Shown in pieces: positions 36,872 through 46,723 of a stretch of DNA of 64,000 nucleotides. The notes beneath the pieces were generated by a model that saw nothing but the letters and a program-made list of their open reading frames with translations, did not search any database and was not told the origin of the DNA. The position numbers and the translations under genes are program-made. The DNA lies in NCBI GenBank assembly GCA_030830895.1, contig JAURMC010000004.1:40152-104151 (forward strand), given 5' to 3'. Numbering within the stretch: the stretch's first letter is position 1; every line of letters begins with the position of its first letter. Origin of the DNA: Crocinitomicaceae bacterium (GTDB lineage Bacteria > Bacteroidota > Bacteroidia > Flavobacteriales_D > Crocinitomicaceae).

Positions 36872-39800
36872 ATGAGAATTTTAATCCTTTTTTGCTTTGT
36901 ATCCGTATTTTGTTTCCTAGGATTTACACAGTCTTTTTTACCTGGTGTTCTAATGTTTCAATTGAAAGGAGATATACAGCCTAACCGCTTGAATCTTAAA
37001 CAATCAGATCCAAATCATTTTGAACTATTAGAGGAGATGAGTGATTATCCATTTTTGGAAACAATTTTTCAAGATGCCGGTGTTATAAAATTGGAAAGGC
37101 CTTCCTATTTTACCCTGAAGCCTTCACTTATGAACATCTATCGTATTTATTTTTCGGATGATACACACATAAATTCTTACCTAAATCAATTACAAAAAGT
37201 ATCCGATGTACTTTATGTTGAAAAAGAACCGATATATTCCACGGGCTTTGTTCCAAACGACCCGAGTCATACAGGAACAAATAAATGGTATCATACCTTA
37301 GTAGGTTCTGAAAATGCATGGAATATTACACAAGGCCGCCATCAGGTAAAGGTTGCGATTGTTGATAATGCGGTTTTTTCTACCCATTCAGATTTGACAG
37401 CTTTTAAACAATACGATGTGGCCGATAACGATAACAATGCCATCCCTCCTTTGAATTATTCTCAAGATCAAGGATGGTCGCATGGTACACATTGCGCAGG
37501 CCTTGCTACTGCTGATATCAATAACAGCATAGGCATTGCCGGATTGGGTGGAAATGTAGAATTAATTGGGGTTAAATGCACCCCAAATAGCGCTTCTTCT
37601 TCTGGTTCGGTCTGGTTTGGTTACGCAGGGGTACAATGGGCTTGTGAAAATGGAGCGCATGTGGTTAGTATGTCTTTCGGAGGAACTAGTCCGTCACAGG
37701 CATTTCAAAATTTAATCAATGCCTATCCAAATGTGGTATTTTTGGCTGCGGCCGGAAATAGTAACGTTTCCACCTTACACTACCCGGGTGCTTATAATAA
37801 CGTAATTTGTGTAGGTTCCGTAGATGCAAACGATCAACGCTCAAGCTTTTCGAATTATAATGGGGCAACTCCCTATGTTGATATTGCAGCACCCGGAGGG
37901 TATTCTAATGGAGGCTTATTGAGTACCGTATACTCCGCATCTGGGAATTCTTATGCAAAAATGGGAGGCACTTCTATGGCTACTCCGTTTGCAGCAGGAT
38001 TAGTGGGACTAATGCTCAGCGTAAACCCTACCTTAACTCCTGCTCAAGTACTTAGCTGCTTGCTTAGCAGTGGCGTAAACATTAATCAAAATATTGGTCC
38101 TCGAATTGATGCCCTTGCGGCAGTGCAATGTGCAGCTCAAGGTTTAACGCCTGGAGCACCGACTGCAAATTTTTTCGCGATACCTACCACAATATTTGAG
38201 GGCGATTCCGTATTGTTTTATGAGAATTGTGCGGACGGTGGAAATAATATTACATCTTATCAATGGAGTTTTCCTGGGGGATCTCCTGCAACGTACAGCG
38301 GAATTACACCGCCATACATCACCTACACAACCGCTGGAACCTATAACGTTACCCTGACAGTGACCAATTCAGTAACCTCAGACAGTGAAACTAAAAGTTC
38401 ATATATAACGGTTAATGTGCCGCCATATGGCAATTGGATTGTTCAAAATTCCGGATTCTCTGCGGCAAATAGAGGGATTAATTGGATTTCGCTTGTTGAT
38501 CAAAATGTGGTATGGGCCACTGCTTATGATGGTAGTGGTGCTAATGCAAATGTGCAACAATTTACAAAAACTGTTGATGGTGGCAATACTTGGACACCCG
38601 GTAATATAAATGTAGGTAATGTAGGTCTTGGAATTTCTATGGTTCATGGCATCTCCTCAACGACAGCATGGTTGGCGGCTTATCCAAATGCTGCAGGGCA
38701 ACTCGGAGGAATATGGAAAACGACCAATGGTGGTTCAACGTGGACTAAGCAAAATACGGCATCATTTAACAATGCTGCCTCCTTTACGAATGTCGTATAT
38801 TTTTGGGATACGAACGAAGGATTTTGCATGGGAGACCCTATTAATGGCGAATTTGAAATTTATCGTACAACTAACGGTGGAACAAATTGGACCTTAGTTA
38901 GTGGTGCCAATATTCCTAATCCATTGGCGGCAGAATATGGATATACTCGTCAAATGGAAGTAGTTGGAAATAATGTTTGGTTTTCTACGAATAAAGGCAG
39001 AATATTTCATTCAACAGATAAAGGGGCTACTTGGGTAGTTTATACTTCTCCAATACAAGATTTTGGAGGCGCAAATATAAGCGCGAATTTTTCTTTCTCA
39101 TCCGCTTCAACAGGATATATAGTAACCAACGGAGGAGCAGTATATAAATCAACTAATTCGGGATCTACATGGATACAACTGGCAACGAATGGGCCGGTTT
39201 TCACTAATGGTTTGTGCGCAATAGAAAATACGAACACACTCTTCTCAACGGGAGCCGCAGCCGGGGGATCTGGGTCTTCCTATTCGTTAGACGGAGGGAT
39301 AACGTGGGAGTTAATAGACAACCAACAACATTTATATTGTGAGTTTTTAACGCCTTCCATTGGCTGGTCAGGATGGTTTAATACAAATGCTACTTCTAAT
39401 GGAATGTGGAAATGGAATAATTTATCAAGTCCACTAGCTGTCCAATTTAATGGAACGCCATCTACCGTTTGCGTGAATACTCCTGTGCAATTTACGGATC
39501 AAACAACTGGAGGTACAATTATTTCATGGAACTGGAGTTTTCCTGGCGGATCACCTGCAACCTCAACTGCCGCAAGTCCTACAGTAACATATTTCCAGCC
39601 CGGTGTCTATGCCGTCTCCCTAACGGTAAGTGATGGGACCTATTTGAGTAGTTTTCAAGATACGGCATATATCACCGTTGAATCACTACCTGCTACACCG
39701 GGAGCAATTCAGGGTAATATAGCACCATGTCCGAATGCAGTGGAAACATATTCTGTATCGAATGACCCTTCTGCATTTTACATTTGGACATTTCCTCCTA

Positions 39801-40402
39801 CATGGTTAGGAATGAGTACAACAAATTCCATTTCACTTACAATGGATAATACTCCAGGAATACTTTCAGTAAGTGCGGATAATTCTTGTGGATCTAGTGC
39901 ACCCTCTAGCTTAACCATTAATTTGGGTGCTGTACCAATTGCTGGTTTTAGCTTCAATTTAAATGGGGGCCAATTAACACTTACTAATACATCTCAAAAT
40001 GCAAATGGATTTATTTGGGATTTCGGAGATGGAAACTCCTCCTCTCAAACTCAACCAACGCATCTTTTCACTTCTCCAGGGATCTATACAGTAACGCTTA
40101 TTGCTACAAATTCCTGCGGCGAAGCAGATACTACTGTGCAGGAAATTACGGTTCTTGGTATTGAAGACTTTACGGTTCTTGGAATTTCTGTTTATCCGAA
40201 TCCTTCTACAGGGATTATTTCAATTACTGGCTTAGCAAATTACAATGGGCAAAAGATTTCTATTATTGATTTACAAGGTCGAGCTGTTGCTACCTATAGC
40301 ATTGAATCTGATTTTCAAGTGATTGATTTGATGCATGCTGTAAATGGGATTTATTTGATTCGAATTCAAAATGAGGTATTACCTTTGCAACTCCAACGAT
40401 AA
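36872..40402 (+). CDS. Secreted multidomain S8 (subtilisin-family) serine peptidase with PKD domains, an Asp-box (BNR) beta-propeller and a T9SS type A C-terminal sorting domain
   Basis: Catalytic triad contexts VAIVDNAV, HGTHCAG and GTSMATP. Three PKD-like repeats (YQWSFPGGSP, WNWSFPGGSP, FIWDFGDGN). Six Asp boxes (TVDGGNTW, TTNGGSTW, TTNGGTNW, STDKGATW, STNSGSTW, SLDGGITW). CTD ISVYPNPSTGIISI...NGIYLIRIQNEVLPLQLQR. Confidence 0.92.
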   Translation: MRILILFCFVSVFCFLGFTQSFLPGVLMFQLKGDIQPNRLNLKQSDPNHFELLEEMSDYPFLETIFQDAGVIKLERPSYFTLKPSLMNIYRIYFSDDTHINSYLNQLQKVSDVLYVEKEPIYSTGFVPNDPSHTGTNKWYHTLVGSENAWNITQGRHQVKVAIVDNAVFSTHSDLTAFKQYDVADNDNNAIPPLNYSQDQGWSHGTHCAGLATADINNSIGIAGLGGNVELIGVKCTPNSASSSGSVWFGYAGVQWACENGAHVVSMSFGGTSPSQAFQNLINAYPNVVFLAAAGNSNVSTLHYPGAYNNVICVGSVDANDQRSSFSNYNGATPYVDIAAPGGYSNGGLLSTVYSASGNSYAKMGGTSMATPFAAGLVGLMLSVNPTLTPAQVLSCLLSSGVNINQNIGPRIDALAAVQCAAQGLTPGAPTANFFAIPTTIFEGDSVLFYENCADGGNNITSYQWSFPGGSPATYSGITPPYITYTTAGTYNVTLTVTNSVTSDSETKSSYITVNVPPYGNWIVQNSGFSAANRGINWISLVDQNVVWATAYDGSGANANVQQFTKTVDGGNTWTPGNINVGNVGLGISMVHGISSTTAWLAAYPNAAGQLGGIWKTTNGGSTWTKQNTASFNNAASFTNVVYFWDTNEGFCMGDPINGEFEIYRTTNGGTNWTLVSGANIPNPLAAEYGYTRQMEVVGNNVWFSTNKGRIFHSTDKGATWVVYTSPIQDFGGANISANFSFSSASTGYIVTNGGAVYKSTNSGSTWIQLATNGPVFTNGLCAIENTNTLFSTGAAAGGSGSSYSLDGGITWELIDNQQHLYCEFLTPSIGWSGWFNTNATSNGMWKWNNLSSPLAVQFNGTPSTVCVNTPVQFTDQTTGGTIISWNWSFPGGSPATSTAASPTVTYFQPGVYAVSLTVSDGTYLSSFQDTAYITVESLPATPGAIQGNIAPCPNAVETYSVSNDPSAFYIWTFPPTWLGMSTTNSISLTMDNTPGILSVSADNSCGSSAPSSLTINLGAVPIAGFSFNLNGGQLTLTNTSQNANGFIWDFGDGNSSSQTQPTHLFTSPGIYTVTLIATNSCGEADTTVQEITVLGIEDFTVLGISVYPNPSTGIISITGLANYNGQKISIIDLQGRAVATYSIESDFQVIDLMHAVNGIYLIRIQNEVLPLQLQR

Positions 40403-40405
40403 TCA

Positions 40406-40963
40406 ATGACTGAAATAAGTGAACGTATCAGTTTTATCGACCATGCAACTAAGACCACGATTGTAATTCTCCCTAAAAAACAGCCTTGGATAATTGCTTT
40501 GATGGGGTCATGGTTGGGGATGTGGATTACTATTGGTTTTGTTACTTGGTGGGCGATGATTTCACTGAAATTAACACAACAGGAGCGCATTATTCTTTGG
40601 GTATTTCTTGCGTTTTGGTTGTATTACGCTATGCGTGTTGGACGATCATTTTTATGGTTAATTTGGGGCAAAGAACTAATAAAGATTGATGAAATTGGTA
40701 TACATCTGAAGAATTCCATTCGTTCTTATGGTAAGAGTATTCCATATTATTTTGAAAATATAACGAACTTATCTTATGATGTTCCTGCTGATAAATCATT
40801 TCAATCTGTATGGGAATCTTCTCCCTGGGTTAATGGAGGTGAACGCTTCTTTTTCGATTACTTTGGTAAAATGATTAAATTCGGAAAGAAATTAACAAAA
40901 AAGGAAGCACACTTACTTTCTCAAATATTGGAAAAACGTATGCGTAAATATTCAAAAAAATAA
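40406..40963 (+). CDS. Hypothetical membrane protein (2 TM helices plus soluble C-terminal domain)
   Basis: 185 aa, starts 3 nt after the protease stop. Hydrophobic helices WIIALMGSWLGMWITIGFVTWWAMI and IILWVFLAFWLYYAM. No family recognised. Confidence 0.5.
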   Translation: MTEISERISFIDHATKTTIVILPKKQPWIIALMGSWLGMWITIGFVTWWAMISLKLTQQERIILWVFLAFWLYYAMRVGRSFLWLIWGKELIKIDEIGIHLKNSIRSYGKSIPYYFENITNLSYDVPADKSFQSVWESSPWVNGGERFFFDYFGKMIKFGKKLTKKEAHLLSQILEKRMRKYSKK

Positions 40964-40965
40964 TC

Positions 40966-42153
40966 ATGTACGGAAATATTCAATCGTATTTATCTAAGGA
41001 GTTAGAAACTATTGAGAGAAATGGTTTACTTAAAAAAGAGAGAATAATCACTACTCCGCAAGGAGCAAATGTACACGTGAGTACGGGTGAAGATGTAGTG
41101 ATTATGTGTGCAAATAATTATCTAGGTCTTTCTTCCCATCCTGAAGTAATTCAATCCGCGAAAGATGCACTCGATTCACATGGATATGGTATGTCATCCG
41201 TGAGATTTATTTGTGGTACTCAGGACATTCATAAAACTCTTGAGCGTAAAATTGCAGAATTTTATGGCACAGAAGACACCATTTTATATGCTGCAGCCTT
41301 TGACGCAAATGGCGGTGTTTTTGAACCCTTATTTTCTGAGGAAGATGCGATTATTAGCGATGAATTGAATCATGCTTCAATTATTGATGGGGTAAGATTA
41401 TGTAAAGCGCAACGATATCGGTATAGGCATTCTAATATGGAAGATCTGGAAGAGCAGTTAAAGAAGGCTCAAGCTCAAAGGTTTCGAATTATTGTAACGG
41501 ATGGTGTATTTTCGATGGATGGCGATTTAGCTAAAATGGATGAGATTTGTGCTCTGGGAGAGAAATATAATGCGCTTGTAATGACCGATGAATGCCATTC
41601 GGCGGGATTTATTGGAAAAACAGGTAGAGGAGTTCCAGAATATTTTGGGGTACAAGATAAGGTAGATATCGTTACCGGAACTTTAGGCAAAGCTTTAGGT
41701 GGTGCGATGGGTGGATATACCACCGGTAAAAAGGAAATCATTGAAATGTTACGTCAGCGTTCTCGCCCGTATTTATTTTCGAATTCTCTGGCGCCTGCCA
41801 TTGTTGGGGCGAGCATCAAGGTATTTGATTTATTAAGCAGTACCACAACTTTGCGTGATCGTTTGGAAGAAAATACGCTGTATTTTAAAAAACACATTAA
41901 AGCTGCTGGATTCGATATTAAACCGGGTGATTCACCCATTGTCCCAATCATGTTGTATGATGCGGCCTTATCTCAGCAATTTGCAAATGAACTGTTGAAT
42001 GAAGGGGTTTATGCCATCGGGTTCTTTTACCCTGTTGTGGCTAAAGGACAAGCACGTATTAGAACTCAAATCTCAGCGGCTCATTCTCGAGAAGATTTGG
42101 ATAAGGCCATTACAGCTTTTATTAAAGTGGGGAAAAAGCTAAAAGTGATATAA
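40966..42153 (+). CDS. kbl: Glycine C-acetyltransferase (2-amino-3-ketobutyrate CoA ligase)
   Basis: 395-aa class II aminotransferase with NNYLGLSSHPEV, DELNHASIIDG, DGVFSMDGD and TLGKALGG (PLP lysine). Confidence 0.9.
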   Translation: MYGNIQSYLSKELETIERNGLLKKERIITTPQGANVHVSTGEDVVIMCANNYLGLSSHPEVIQSAKDALDSHGYGMSSVRFICGTQDIHKTLERKIAEFYGTEDTILYAAAFDANGGVFEPLFSEEDAIISDELNHASIIDGVRLCKAQRYRYRHSNMEDLEEQLKKAQAQRFRIIVTDGVFSMDGDLAKMDEICALGEKYNALVMTDECHSAGFIGKTGRGVPEYFGVQDKVDIVTGTLGKALGGAMGGYTTGKKEIIEMLRQRSRPYLFSNSLAPAIVGASIKVFDLLSSTTTLRDRLEENTLYFKKHIKAAGFDIKPGDSPIVPIMLYDAALSQQFANELLNEGVYAIGFFYPVVAKGQARIRTQISAAHSREDLDKAITAFIKVGKKLKVI

Positions 42154-42154
42154 A

Positions 42155-42451
42155 ATGAAAGTATATCGATATATCATTGTTTGTTTTTTATTTGCCTTTA
42201 TTGCGCAGTTAAGTGCAACCTATTGCGTAGATAAAAAAGCGCTACTCGGCTGGTATGATATTTCTAGTGATGATTCAACAGATACAGAAGATTTGGAAGA
42301 AGAAATCCCCATAAATACAGATGAGTTTCACCTTAGGATTTCCAAAGCGATAAAACACCAAGATTCTGATATCGAGTCGGTGTGGGCAACCCCATTATTT
42401 CAAGGCATTGAGTTTTTAATTTCGATTGACCATCCTCCAGAAATAAGCTGA
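42155..42451 (+). CDS. Hypothetical small secreted/acidic protein
   Basis: 98 aa. N-terminal hydrophobic signal-like segment and an acidic middle (SSDDSTDTEDLEEE). Starts 1 nt after the kbl stop. Confidence 0.4.
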   Translation: MKVYRYIIVCFLFAFIAQLSATYCVDKKALLGWYDISSDDSTDTEDLEEEIPINTDEFHLRISKAIKHQDSDIESVWATPLFQGIEFLISIDHPPEIS

Positions 42452-42498
42452 ATATTATAGCATTAGTTTATTTATTCATCGAATTTAATTGAAATATT

Positions 42499-44046
42499 TT
42501 GAAAAAATTTTTAGTATCCTGGAGGGCGGATTTTTCGTCTAGCATTGTTGTTTTTTTTGTTGCCCTGCCTCTTTGTTTAGGAATTGGATTAGCCTCAACA
42601 ACCGTAGAGGGCTTTTCTTCAATTCCAATTTCAGGCCTCATTTCCGGTATTATTGGCGGTTTAGTAGTTGGTTTAGTTAGTAATTCTCGAGTGGGGGTTT
42701 CAGGTCCTGCGGCCGGGTTAATTACAGTGGTTATTGCCTCAATTTCAACCTTGGGTTCATTCAATGCCTTTCTTTTAGCACTTGTAATTGCAGGGTTATT
42801 TCAACTTGCCTTCGCCTTACTCCGAGCAGGGATCATTGCAAACTACCTTCCAAGTGGAGTTATTAAAGGCATGTTGGCTGCAATTGGAATAACACTAATC
42901 TTGAAAGAAATTCCCCATTTGGTAGGGTATGATAAAGATTACGTGGGTGATGAATCATTTTTTCAACAAGATGGGCATAATACAATATCCGAGCTTTTGT
43001 ATGCCGCAAAATCACTTGATCCAGGAATTGCGATGATAGGATTGATTTCTTTGGCCTTGGTCATTCTTTTTGACCAACCTGTTCTAAAAAAATCAGTTAT
43101 TTTTAAATACATACCATCGATGCTTTGGGTGATCATTTTTGGAACTTTGATTAATGTGTTATTGACCGCAAGTGGTCACGATTTGCACATCGCAAAGGAG
43201 CATTTGGTGCAAATACCACAATTCAATTCATTTGAATCTTTAAAATTACAGCTGAATTTTCCAGATTTCTCCTTCATTACTGATCCTAAGGTCTATACGG
43301 TAGCACTTACGATTGCTGTTATTGCTTCTTTAGAAACACTTCTTAGTGTTGAGGCAATAGACCGCATGGATCCCGAAAAGGCAATTACAAACCCCAACAG
43401 GGAACTGGTTGCTCAAGGAATAGGTAATGCCATAGCAGGGTTTCTTGGGGGCATCCCTGTTACTCAAGTGATTGTTCGTTCCAATGCGAATTTAAACGGA
43501 GGAGCTAAGTCTAAAATGTCCGCAGTTTATCATGGGCTTTGGCTTGTGGTTGCGCTTGTGCTCATCGCTCCGATTCTCAATTTAATCCCTTTAGCAACAC
43601 TTGCCGCAATTTTGATTTCAATAGGATACAAGCTTACGAATATTACATTAATAAAAGCTCAGTTTTCAAAAGGTTGGGATCAGTTCATCCCTTTCATTTC
43701 AACCATAGTAGCAATATTATTTACAGATTTATTAAAAGGAATTGGAATTGGATTGGTGATTGCTATTTTTTATATCATTAAAAGAAATTTTAAAGGCAAT
43801 CACCACGTAGTTAACTCAGATAAGGGGGTGGAGTTAATTCTTGGTGAAAATGTAAATTTTCTCAATATTGCAAGCATTAAAACAACATTAATGAACTTGC
43901 CTGAAGGATCTCAAGTGACAATAAATTCCGCAAATAGTAAATCCCTTGATTATGACATTCAAGAATTATTAGCGGATTTTATTTCAATTACTTCAAAATC
44001 TAAAAACATTACTGTTCACTATATTGGACAGGAGCTAAAAAATTAA
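42499..44046 (+). CDS. SulP family inorganic anion (probable bicarbonate/sulfate) transporter
   Basis: 515 aa and multi-TM. Contains FFVALPLCLGIGLAS..., GIPVTQVIVRSNANLNGGAKSK and a short C-terminal STAS-like region. TTG start in the ORF track. Confidence 0.88.
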   Translation: MKKFLVSWRADFSSSIVVFFVALPLCLGIGLASTTVEGFSSIPISGLISGIIGGLVVGLVSNSRVGVSGPAAGLITVVIASISTLGSFNAFLLALVIAGLFQLAFALLRAGIIANYLPSGVIKGMLAAIGITLILKEIPHLVGYDKDYVGDESFFQQDGHNTISELLYAAKSLDPGIAMIGLISLALVILFDQPVLKKSVIFKYIPSMLWVIIFGTLINVLLTASGHDLHIAKEHLVQIPQFNSFESLKLQLNFPDFSFITDPKVYTVALTIAVIASLETLLSVEAIDRMDPEKAITNPNRELVAQGIGNAIAGFLGGIPVTQVIVRSNANLNGGAKSKMSAVYHGLWLVVALVLIAPILNLIPLATLAAILISIGYKLTNITLIKAQFSKGWDQFIPFISTIVAILFTDLLKGIGIGLVIAIFYIIKRNFKGNHHVVNSDKGVELILGENVNFLNIASIKTTLMNLPEGSQVTINSANSKSLDYDIQELLADFISITSKSKNITVHYIGQELKN

Positions 44047-44050
44047 AATT

Positions 44051-44686
44051 ATGGAAACGTATTACAATCAATTATTATCGAATAATAAAAAATGGGTAGC
44101 AGATAAATTAAACGAGGACCCAGAATTTTTCATTAAGCTTGCACATGGACAAAAACCTCCGGTTTTGTGGATCGGTTGTTCGGATTCTAGAGTTCCTGCG
44201 AATGAGATTATTGGAGCGCCTCCTGGAGAGGTTTTTGTACATAGAAACATCGCCAACATGGTGGTACACTCGGATATGAATTTACTGTCAGTATTGGATT
44301 ATGCCGTCAATGTATTGGAAGTTAAACACATCATTGTTTGTGGCCATTATGGTTGCGGCGGAGTTCAAACGGCTATGGCTAATTCCCATGTGGGATTAAT
44401 CGATAATTGGATTAGGCATATTAAAGATGTGTATCGGATGAATTATGAAGAATTACAGGTAATAGAGAACCCCAAAGAACGCGTTAACCGTTACGTTGAG
44501 CTTAATGTTTTTGAGCAGGTATGCAATTTGGCAAAGACGTCAATCGTTCAAGGTGCGTGGGAACGCCGGTCAGACCTCCATTTGCACGGTTGGGTTTATG
44601 ATGTCGCTGATGGATTAATTAAAGATCTTCAGGTTACCCTTAAAGATAATTCTAGCCTTCAGTCGGTTTACAAATTAGACATTTAG
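44051..44686 (+). CDS. can: Beta-class carbonic anhydrase
   Basis: Zinc ligand motifs CSDSR and HYGCGG. 211 aa. Starts 4 nt after the SulP stop. Confidence 0.9.
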   Translation: METYYNQLLSNNKKWVADKLNEDPEFFIKLAHGQKPPVLWIGCSDSRVPANEIIGAPPGEVFVHRNIANMVVHSDMNLLSVLDYAVNVLEVKHIIVCGHYGCGGVQTAMANSHVGLIDNWIRHIKDVYRMNYEELQVIENPKERVNRYVELNVFEQVCNLAKTSIVQGAWERRSDLHLHGWVYDVADGLIKDLQVTLKDNSSLQSVYKLDI

Positions 44687-46101
44687 TGTGAAATCTCTCC
44701 AATGTCATTCGGATCATGTTTATGTTTGAAAAGTATGGCGAATAGAATTGCAATCACAAGTGCGTAACCGGCAAAACACAACCAAATAGGTTCCCACTGT
44801 TGCACAATAATAGATTTACTTAGGGTTCCCTTTGATGTAATGCTATTTTCCTTAAGGAGTTCTACGATCATGGGGTGGTTTGCTGTAACTTCATAATACG
44901 AAGCAACCTCTTTTACGGTAATTAAGGATTTTGTAAAAAAGGTATCAATTAATCTACCGCTTATAGAACTCCCAAGAATAGCTCCGAAGCCATTCGTCAT
45001 CATCATAAATAATCCTTGTGCGGAAGATCGTTTGTCTGCTGAAACAGATGAATTCACAAAGAGCGAGCCTGAGATATTAAAAAAATCGAATGCCATGCCG
45101 TAAACCACGCAGGATAACAAAATCATCCAAAGTAGATCCCCTGGATTTCCATAAGCGAATAAACCAAAACGCAATACCCAAGCAATCATACTCATTAACA
45201 TTACTTGTTTTATTCCAAAGCGCCTTAAAAAGAATGGTATTGCCAGGATGAACAGAGTCTCTGAAATTTGAGAAATTGACATTATTACTGTTGAGTGCTT
45301 TACGGCAAAGGACTCTGCATATTTCGGAAAGGCCTCAAAAGTGCTTAAATAGGTGTCACCATACATATTGGTTAATTGCAGTGCACCCCCTAACATTAAT
45401 GAAAAGAGGAAGAAAATAAACATTTTATAATTGAGCATTAATTTGAATGCATCTAAGCCAAGAACTTGAATGATGTTTTTTCCATCATTTGATCCTCCTT
45501 TGGGAGCACATTTAGGCAGCATAAATGAGAATACGGCTAATCCAAACGATGCGAAAGCACTGATATAAAATTGGTTGGCGGAATCACTGTTTCCTGTCAG
45601 GTCGGTGACCCACATCGCAATGATAAAGCCCACGGTTCCAAAAACACGAATAGGAGGGAAGGTCTTCATCGGATCCAACTTGTATTGTCCGAGAATGTTA
45701 TATGATACCGCATTTGACAACGCGATGGTTGGCATATAGAAAATCATAGCAAGTAAAGTGACCCAAAAAAACATGCTCGGAGTTTGAACCATTGGAAGAC
45801 TAGCTACCGCTAGGCCACTCAATAAATGCAGAAGCCCAAGCAATCGCTCCGCATTAATCCATTTATCAGCAACAATTCCCATTAAACTAGGCATAAAAAT
45901 TGAAGAAAGTCCCATAGTAGTAAAAATGGCACCAAATTCAGTAAATGTCCATTTCATGGTAATTGTACAATATTTTCCCACGGTAATTAACCATGCTCCC
46001 CAAACAAAATATTGGAGAAAACTAAGTACGGTAAGTTGAATTTTAATGGGAGATGAATTAACGGATTTTCCTCCGTCTAGGTTGTTGCCATGATTTTCCA
46101 T
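44683..46101 (-). CDS. MFS nucleoside:H+ symporter (NupG/XapB-like nucleoside permease)
   Basis: IKIQLTVLSFLQYFVWGAWLITVGKY mirrors the NupG N-terminus (LKILSFLQF.LWGSWL). 12-TM topology. Confidence 0.8.
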   Translation of the reverse strand: MENHGNNLDGGKSVNSSPIKIQLTVLSFLQYFVWGAWLITVGKYCTITMKWTFTEFGAIFTTMGLSSIFMPSLMGIVADKWINAERLLGLLHLLSGLAVASLPMVQTPSMFFWVTLLAMIFYMPTIALSNAVSYNILGQYKLDPMKTFPPIRVFGTVGFIIAMWVTDLTGNSDSANQFYISAFASFGLAVFSFMLPKCAPKGGSNDGKNIIQVLGLDAFKLMLNYKMFIFFLFSLMLGGALQLTNMYGDTYLSTFEAFPKYAESFAVKHSTVIMSISQISETLFILAIPFFLRRFGIKQVMLMSMIAWVLRFGLFAYGNPGDLLWMILLSCVVYGMAFDFFNISGSLFVNSSVSADKRSSAQGLFMMMTNGFGAILGSSISGRLIDTFFTKSLITVKEVASYYEVTANHPMIVELLKENSITSKGTLSKSIIVQQWEPIWLCFAGYALVIAILFAILFKHKHDPNDIGEISH

Positions 46102-46113
46102 GGCTTGAAGATA

Positions 46114-46710
46114 CTATTTTTTTCGCTTATTTATTTCGTCGCGAATTTTAGTTGCTAATTCATAATCTTCCTGTTCTAACGCTTCCTTGAGTTGATTTTC
46201 TAGTTCGTCCATATCAAGGCCTTTAACTTCATCTTCTAGGTTGACGGCCTCCTCGAAATGCTCTGAATCGGTTAATGAATCTTCCATCTGAGGATTCACT
46301 TCACTGAGGTTATTGACCTCATTGATTACTTGCTTCGTAGTGTAGATAGGGACATTAAAACGAACCGCAATGGCTACCGCGTCAGAAGAACGAGAGTCAA
46401 TGTCCGTTGGGATACCATCTTCACCAATTAAAGTGATTTTGGCAATAAAAAGCCCTTCTCTAAATTGATGGATTATTACTTCTTTTACCGTGATGTGAAA
46501 AATATCTAGAATTGGTTTAAATAAATCATGAGTCATTGGACGATTTGGAACCATTTTTTCTAACTCAACAGCTATCGCTTGTGCTTCGAAACTACCAATT
46601 ACAATGGGCATATGTCTACTTCCATTAACTTCTTTAAGGTGCAAGACATAAGAGCCCGAGTGCGTTTGGCTATATTCTATCCCAGTTATTTCCAGCTGAA
46701 CCTTTTCCAT
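46114..46710 (-). CDS. Bifunctional nuclease family (DUF151) protein with C-terminal UVR motif
   Basis: PIVIGSFEAQAIAVELEKMVPNRPMTHDL is the DUF151 core. The C-terminal LKEALEQEDYELATKIRDEI is a UvrB/C-type UVR helix. Confidence 0.8.
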   Translation of the reverse strand: MEKVQLEITGIEYSQTHSGSYVLHLKEVNGSRHMPIVIGSFEAQAIAVELEKMVPNRPMTHDLFKPILDIFHITVKEVIIHQFREGLFIAKITLIGEDGIPTDIDSRSSDAVAIAVRFNVPIYTTKQVINEVNNLSEVNPQMEDSLTDSEHFEEAVNLEDEVKGLDMDELENQLKEALEQEDYELATKIRDEINKRKK

Positions 46711-46723
46711 TGCAGCAAAGTAA

